Positions 58,647-64,000 of a stretch of DNA of 64,000 nucleotides are shown in pieces. The DNA is taken from NCBI GenBank assembly GCA_963666055.2, contig CAXWPH010000008.1, positions 1 through 64,000 on the forward strand. Direction: 5' to 3'. The translations under genes and the position numbers were made by a program. Under the pieces are notes generated by a model, which worked only from the letters and a program-made list of their open reading frames with translations, did not search any database and was not told the DNA's origin. This DNA is from Acidobacteriota bacterium (GTDB lineage Bacteria > Acidobacteriota > UBA890 > WLXD01). Numbering within the stretch: the stretch's first letter is position 1; each line of letters begins with the position of its first letter.

Positions 58647-59843
58647 ATGAAAGTTGCGCTTACCCCTGTCCTCGCCGCCCTTCTGGCACTTGCACCGGCA
58701 TCCGGTGACAAGCGCACCGTCACCCTTCCGGGAGCCAGCCCCGACCTGCCCTTCAGCCACGCGGTCTGGACGGGGGATTTCCTCTACACGACCGGGGCGC
58801 TCGGCCGCGCCCCCGACGAGGGATTTGCCGCCGGCATCGAGGCGCAGACGCGTCAGACGTTCGCCAACCTGGAGCGCGTGCTGCAGGCGGCCGGCTCGGA
58901 CCTGTCGCGCGTGGCGAGCCTGACGGTGTATCTGGCCGACGACCGGCACTACGGAGCCATGAACGGTGTTTTCCGCGAGGTGTTTCCGGAAAACGCCCCC
59001 ACGCGCACCACGGTGCGCACGGACCTGGCGGTGCCCGAGGCGCTGATCGAGATGTCGATGGTGGCGGTACGCGAGGGCGTGGAGCTCAGACGCATCACGC
59101 CCGCCGGCTGGCGCCCCTCGGGCCCCGGCTACGGCTACGGCATTCAAGCCGAGGACACGCTGTTTGTGGCCGGGGCCGTGTCCAACGATCCGGCTCAGGG
59201 GACGCTGGTGCCTGGCCACATCGGTGAGCAGACTGCGCGCACGCTCGCCAACATCGGCCACGTGCTGGGGGCAGCCGGGATGAGCTACGCCGATGTGGTC
59301 TCCAACCGCGTGTACCTGCGTGACACACGGCACTTTCAGGAGATGAACGCCGCGTATCGTTCGGTGTTCACCGACGAGCCGCCAGCGCGCGCCGCCATGA
59401 AGGCGGGGCTAATGCACCCGGACTTACTGATCGAGATCCAGGCAGTGGCGGTGCGCGACGCGGCGCGCCGCGTCGTCGGCGAGGAGACTTCCAGCCTGCC
59501 GTTTTCGCCGTCGATCCTCGCCGGCGGGCGCCTGTTCGTGCGGGGCTATACCGGCTGGAACGACCAGGGTTACCCGCCGGGCGATATGGTCGCGCAGACG
59601 CGCCTCACAATCGAGAAGATCCAGGCGACGCTAGCTGCCGCCGGGCTGGGACTCGAGGACGTCGTGGAGAGCTTCGTCTACATCTCCGACTCGCGTTACT
59701 TCACCCAAATGAGCGACACTTACCGCGACTTGATGCCGATGCCGCGACCCGCGCGCACCACCGTCGAGGCGATGCTCGTGGTACCGGCGGGGCTCGTGGA
59801 GATCATGGTCGTGGCCGACGCCGAGGACGCTTCGTTGCCGTGA
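58647..59843 (+). CDS. Triple-domain RidA-family protein (second copy)
   Basis: Mirror of 36656-37852. Confidence 0.88.
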   Translation: MKVALTPVLAALLALAPASGDKRTVTLPGASPDLPFSHAVWTGDFLYTTGALGRAPDEGFAAGIEAQTRQTFANLERVLQAAGSDLSRVASLTVYLADDRHYGAMNGVFREVFPENAPTRTTVRTDLAVPEALIEMSMVAVREGVELRRITPAGWRPSGPGYGYGIQAEDTLFVAGAVSNDPAQGTLVPGHIGEQTARTLANIGHVLGAAGMSYADVVSNRVYLRDTRHFQEMNAAYRSVFTDEPPARAAMKAGLMHPDLLIEIQAVAVRDAARRVVGEETSSLPFSPSILAGGRLFVRGYTGWNDQGYPPGDMVAQTRLTIEKIQATLAAAGLGLEDVVESFVYISDSRYFTQMSDTYRDLMPMPRPARTTVEAMLVVPAGLVEIMVVADAEDASLP

Positions 59844-59901
59844 GGCATCTTCGCGTGCGGGATGACAACTTGATCGACAGCGGCCGGACAGGAACCTGGA
59901 A

Positions 59902-59927
59902 GTGGAGGCGGCGGGAATTGAACCCGC
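59902..59927 (-). other. tmRNA-like 3'-end fragment (second copy)
   Basis: GTGGAGGCGGCGGGAATTGAACCCGC on the plus strand. Confidence 0.65.
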
Positions 59928-60425
59928 TGTGTCGGATTCTTTGTAACTTGTTGATGGCGCACGGCTTTCGCCGTTTCTCGTTGACAGGCATCCGTTTACG
60001 GAGTTGAGACGTGTCGACTGGCTACCGGCGTACCTGAGGAGCTATGGGGCCGCGAGGGTCTCTGCTCGCGCTACACCGCCACCTACGAGCTTCACGACAA
60101 CCCCCAGGAGGTTGTCGCGTCCATCAAACCCTGGAGCGTACCTCCGCGATAACCGCCTGCGGGCTGGCCCCCGGTACGTTGCACTCGACAAGTGGGACGT
60201 GCAGGTTGTCTTCCAAGGGCGCGATCGGCTAGGTACATGACCCCTGAGCAGGTCGAGGGCTCCGACAAGAGCGATCATAAGAGCCAACCTGTTTCGCCTT
60301 CGGCTGCGTGCTTCAAGGAATAGTGGGGGAGCGAGAGCCCGCCGCTCGCGCCGAAGGCGGTACTCGCAGCCTAGGCAAACGCTACCCTTTCGTTCTGGGC
60401 CGGAAGCAGAACGACGGAGGAGAGC

Positions 60426-61310
60426 ATGCAACCTGAGCTTGTCGCTGTGATTGTCGCTGCGATTGTCGCGGCGGTCGCCGCCGTGGCATCAGCGATAATC
60501 GCGGCGATAGTCGGTCTTCGCGGAGCACGAGATCAGAAGCACCTCGAAGCCCTCTCCTTGCAGTATGCGGCGCGCTCAGAGTTGTACGAAGCGGTCGCCG
60601 CGAATGCTACGCATGTTGCTGCCGCGGCCCTTGAACACTCCCGGTTGAGCGAGCAATTGTCTAAGCTGACCCATGGCGAGTACACGCTCGAATCACTCCT
60701 CGGGCAGGACGCCAGTTGGCTCGAAACCCCGGCCGAGCAACTCAAAGAGCTAGCCATAAAGCACGGGACTGCACTCGTGGCGATCTTCCCGCAGATTCAG
60801 GACGCCGGGAAGAGACGGGCTCGGCACATCGAGGAGGGCCACACACTTCTAGCCCGCGCCCGTGTCCACGCCGGCCCGGATGTCGCCCAGGAAATCGCTC
60901 GCGTGGAACAGGAAATCCTCCGGCCCAAGATGTTTGCTGGGACGCTACACCACGAATGGGAACGGCTTAGTTCGCAGATCCACTCGCGAATTGACGCCCT
61001 ACATGAGGATCTGGACGATTTGCGAAGGCTGACGACAGGCCGGGCGCGTCCGCCGATGGCGAAACTGTCAGGCCCGGCAAAGCTGTTGTGGCGGGGCGTC
61101 GCGGTGGCGTTTAGTGGAGCAGCGACGCTCGTGTTCTGGGGGTCGACATCGTTCTTGGCATCTGCCTCTTGGGGCGGGTTCGAGGTCAGCCTTCGTGCGG
61201 TTGGCGTCGTCCTGATCGCCGTCGCTGCGGTGACGTGCCTCCTCGCCGGGAGCTGGGCTGCTTGGGCGGGCCGGATTTCGCCGACCACTCACGGCCGAGG
61301 CAGTCCGTAG
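60426..61310 (+). CDS. Hypothetical membrane protein (second copy)
   Basis: Mirror of 35189-36073. Confidence 0.6.
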   Translation: MQPELVAVIVAAIVAAVAAVASAIIAAIVGLRGARDQKHLEALSLQYAARSELYEAVAANATHVAAAALEHSRLSEQLSKLTHGEYTLESLLGQDASWLETPAEQLKELAIKHGTALVAIFPQIQDAGKRRARHIEEGHTLLARARVHAGPDVAQEIARVEQEILRPKMFAGTLHHEWERLSSQIHSRIDALHEDLDDLRRLTTGRARPPMAKLSGPAKLLWRGVAVAFSGAATLVFWGSTSFLASASWGGFEVSLRAVGVVLIAVAAVTCLLAGSWAAWAGRISPTTHGRGSP

Positions 61311-61473
61311 ATTGCTTCGGTGGCGCCCCTGTTCAATCTGCGGCCGTCCCGCCCGCCGTCGCCTACGGCGCTTCGAGCGCCTGAAGCCTATCGCCGGCGA
61401 CCACGCGAACATCAGCAAGACACAGAAACGCGTTCTCACCGAGCTGCGCGACGTTCTACGACTGGCTCAGTCC

Positions 61474-62022
61474 TCAGAGTTCGAGGTGGTAGAGCATCCA
61501 ATAGACGAGCACCCCGCTCACCGACACGTAGAGCCAAATTGGGAGGGTCCATCGCGCGATGCGCACGTGCTGCTCAAGGCGGGACTTCCATCCCCGGTGG
61601 ATCGTGGTAAGCGCCAGGGGAACCACGAACGCGGCGAGCACGACATGGGGAATGAGCAGCGCGAAGTACATGCTCCGTAGCCATCCGCGACCCAAGAATG
61701 GAACGGAGCCCACCTGGTAGTGGTGGAGGAGATAGGACACGAGGAAGAGCGAGGAGGCCACGAAGGCTGTCAGCATGCAGGTCTTGTGGGCCGTTACCTT
61801 TCTCCGTCGAATGCAGACGTAGCCGACACTGAGGAGGATCGCACTCGTCCCGTTGAGGAGCGCATTCATCGTCGGGAGGATCGACGAGCCGACCTCTCGC
61901 GGCGCCCGCGGCGCCTGTCCCAGGCCGCCGAAGAGGACCACGGCTATCCCCACGAACACAAAAACGCTCAGGCCGACGATCACCCAGCGGGAGACCAGCT
62001 CACCGGTGTCGCTCTGCTCCAT
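61474..62022 (-). CDS. DUF420 membrane protein (second copy)
   Basis: Mirror of 34477-35025. Confidence 0.85.
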   Translation of the reverse strand: MEQSDTGELVSRWVIVGLSVFVFVGIAVVLFGGLGQAPRAPREVGSSILPTMNALLNGTSAILLSVGYVCIRRRKVTAHKTCMLTAFVASSLFLVSYLLHHYQVGSVPFLGRGWLRSMYFALLIPHVVLAAFVVPLALTTIHRGWKSRLEQHVRIARWTLPIWLYVSVSGVLVYWMLYHLEL

Positions 62023-62416
62023 CGGTGCAGAGCGTACTACGAGTGGCGAGCGTGCAAAGATTCTGGATCTGAAAGGTAGGAGCTCGCTCATTCTTCAAAC
62101 CTCCCGGCGCGAGGCCCAAGTTTTGATCGAGCGGTGGCGCAGGGAATACAAACACGTCCGGCCTCATAGCTGCTCCCTGCTGGGCTATCGCCCGCCGGCG
62201 ACTGAGGCGGTCCAGTGGCCCCTCGGGACACCCCCTCTCTGCGCCCGTCTAACATCCACGGGCGTACACGCAACCCGACGTGCGGGTGAGGCTGTCGGCG
62301 GCCCGTAGCGGCGAATCTGGCGCCTCTTAAAGCAGACATTCGACTGGTGTGTCCCGGCATTGCGGACGAACGGAATCGAAGGGCGCTAGGTGGCTCGCGA
62401 GGGGCGCCTGACGCCG

Positions 62417-64000
62417 CTACGGGTCCGTCGGCACGAGCCGCTTCAGCTCGTCGAACCAGTTAGTGACCAGCGTCACATTGCCGCTTCTCGTCTTGCTTTG
62501 GTTGGGGAGCATCACGAAACGCTGCCCGTCGGCTGCGACGTCATAGCTGCGAAGGTAGGCGTCCCCGAGCGGTGCTCCGAGAAACCCACCGATGGCGGTT
62601 CCCTCGAAGAGCTGCTCGGCTCGGCCATGGCTGAAAGAGTCGCCCTCCGTATCTACCGCAACCGCCATGACCCCGGTCTCGCTGAGGTAGAAAACCTCAC
62701 GTCCATCGGCTGACCATTTGGGTTGGCCACCTCCGGTGCTTGAAAGCTGCCACTTGCCGGGCCCTTCGGGGAATGGCCGCACGTAGACTTCCCATACTTC
62801 CCCTGACTCATCGGATTCGTAGGCAATCCAGCGACCATTAGGCGACAGGTCGGCCCGCTGCTCGGCGGCGCTGGTGTTGAGGAGGGCGTGCGGTTCTCGG
62901 TCGCCGTTTACCGGCAGCACCCAAACGTCAGCGCCAAGGTCAGCCTCACTCGGTGTGCCATAGGCGAGGAACCTGCCGTCGTCAGACCACGACATCGGCC
63001 AGTTGTTCCGCTCGCTCTCAATCAGCACCTCAGCCTGTCCCGAGCCGTCGGCGCGAATCCGATACGTATTCAGCGGCCCGCTCCGATCCGAGCCGAAGAC
63101 GAGAAACTGTCCGTCCGGCGACCAGACAGGAACAACATCCATGGCTTCGGCAAACGTTAGCCGGCTCGGAACATCCCGTTCCATGTCGTAGATCCACACG
63201 TCCACGTTGTCGTCGCGCATGAGTCTGATGGCCAGGCGTGTGCCGTCTGGCGACAGAGTTGGATCGCCATAGAGGCCGGGTTCATCCCACAGCGGTGTTG
63301 CGTTGCCCTGGCGATCGACCCATACGACCGGATACTGTCGAGCGGCACTCTCCTCGCCCAGATAAAAGAGCGCTCCCGTTTGGGCGAAACTGAACGGTGG
63401 CCCTGACCGTCTCGGCGCGTCGATTGTACGGAGCGATGGCACGATGAGTGTGCCTGCGCCTTGGACCTCTAGCCGTCCCAGGTCGAAAGGTACGGCGTGC
63501 AACGCTCCCTGCCGGGCGTACACCAAATGCCCGGTGGGTACGTAGCGAGCATCGAAGCCCCCGCGCAGCAGTACCTTCCTTTGCCCTGTCTGCAGATCCA
63601 GTACCTCGATATTGCCGTTCTCGAGCCCTGTGAGCGCGGTGTGGGAGGTGAACAGCACGGCATTGCTGCCCGGTAGGGCGTGCGGGAAACGGTGGGTGAG
63701 CTCACCTCGCGCGGCATCGAGGGTGGTCAACCGCTCGGGATCCCCACCGGCTGCCGGCACACGGAACAGGGCACTGTGCAGCCCAGGCGTATAGAAGATC
63801 CAATCGTCAGTACTCCAGCTGGCCGAACATCGGCCGCCACGCCGTCCCAGCGACGCAATCGTCACCGGAGAGCCTCCGCCGACGGGTACCTTTCTCAGCT
63901 CCCGTTCGCCGTTATCCGTGAACCCTACCCATTGACCGTCCGGAGAAAAGAACGGGTTGTAGATGGCTCCGGTAGCCAATATTCGGTCGTCGGTCTGCAG
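62417..64000 (-). CDS. Ser/Thr kinase-PD40 protein, C-terminal part (second copy; 5' end outside window)
   Basis: Identical translation to the C-terminal 520 aa of 31344-34082. Confidence 0.9.
   Translation of the reverse strand: MQTDDRILATGAIYNPFFSPDGQWVGFTDNGERELRKVPVGGGSPVTIASLGRRGGRCSASWSTDDWIFYTPGLHSALFRVPAAGGDPERLTTLDAARGELTHRFPHALPGSNAVLFTSHTALTGLENGNIEVLDLQTGQRKVLLRGGFDARYVPTGHLVYARQGALHAVPFDLGRLEVQGAGTLIVPSLRTIDAPRRSGPPFSFAQTGALFYLGEESAARQYPVVWVDRQGNATPLWDEPGLYGDPTLSPDGTRLAIRLMRDDNVDVWIYDMERDVPSRLTFAEAMDVVPVWSPDGQFLVFGSDRSGPLNTYRIRADGSGQAEVLIESERNNWPMSWSDDGRFLAYGTPSEADLGADVWVLPVNGDREPHALLNTSAAEQRADLSPNGRWIAYESDESGEVWEVYVRPFPEGPGKWQLSSTGGGQPKWSADGREVFYLSETGVMAVAVDTEGDSFSHGRAEQLFEGTAIGGFLGAPLGDAYLRSYDVAADGQRFVMLPNQSKTRSGNVTLVTNWFDELKRLVPTDP

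Larger units (their letters stand above)
51470..64000 (-). repeat. Right arm of large inverted duplication (runs off the window end)
   Basis: The last 40 nt of the window are the reverse complement of 32499-32538; mirrored ORFs throughout. Confidence 0.95.

Noticed and set aside
1-64000. Genome-wide TAG reassignment (code 15) or pyrrolysine
   Set aside because: Several clear genes end at TAG at their expected C-termini; no pyl genes or suppressor tRNA seen in the window.

Overview
GC-rich bacterial window, probably Acidobacteriota. This is an inference from an ADOP-type duplicated permease, a VWFA-Acidobacterial-type protein and an expanded family of Ser/Thr kinase + TolB/PD40 genes. 4.2-21.5 kb is mostly ordinary (M20 peptidase, hydrolase, LVIVD/multicopper oxidase operon, hflKC, arcC, CpxRA-like pair, permease). 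The rest is a patchwork accessory region with three main signals. (1) Besides two intact kinase-PD40 genes, there are many orphan 5' stubs (conserved sigma70-like promoter + MEPGTKLG...) and orphan 3' stubs (...NWFDELKRLVPTDP* + CTCGCGAG). In at least two cases, possibly three, a co-oriented 5' and 3' stub bracket 2.6-3 kb of unrelated cargo, like a hollowed-out kinase gene. (2) A >=12.3 kb imperfect inverted duplication (32499-44856 vs 51470-64000) surrounds a 6.6 kb spacer carrying IS5 and IS3 elements. The arms differ by clustered SNPs and two ~50 bp micro-inversions in a decayed nuoB. (3) There is an isolated terS-terL prophage relic, a tmRNA 3'-end att scar and an AT-richer NAD-dependent formate dehydrogenase gene. 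No CRISPR array, rRNA, full tRNA, reverse transcriptase or intact site-specific recombinase was seen. Assembly or long-read artefacts cannot be excluded without the reads.
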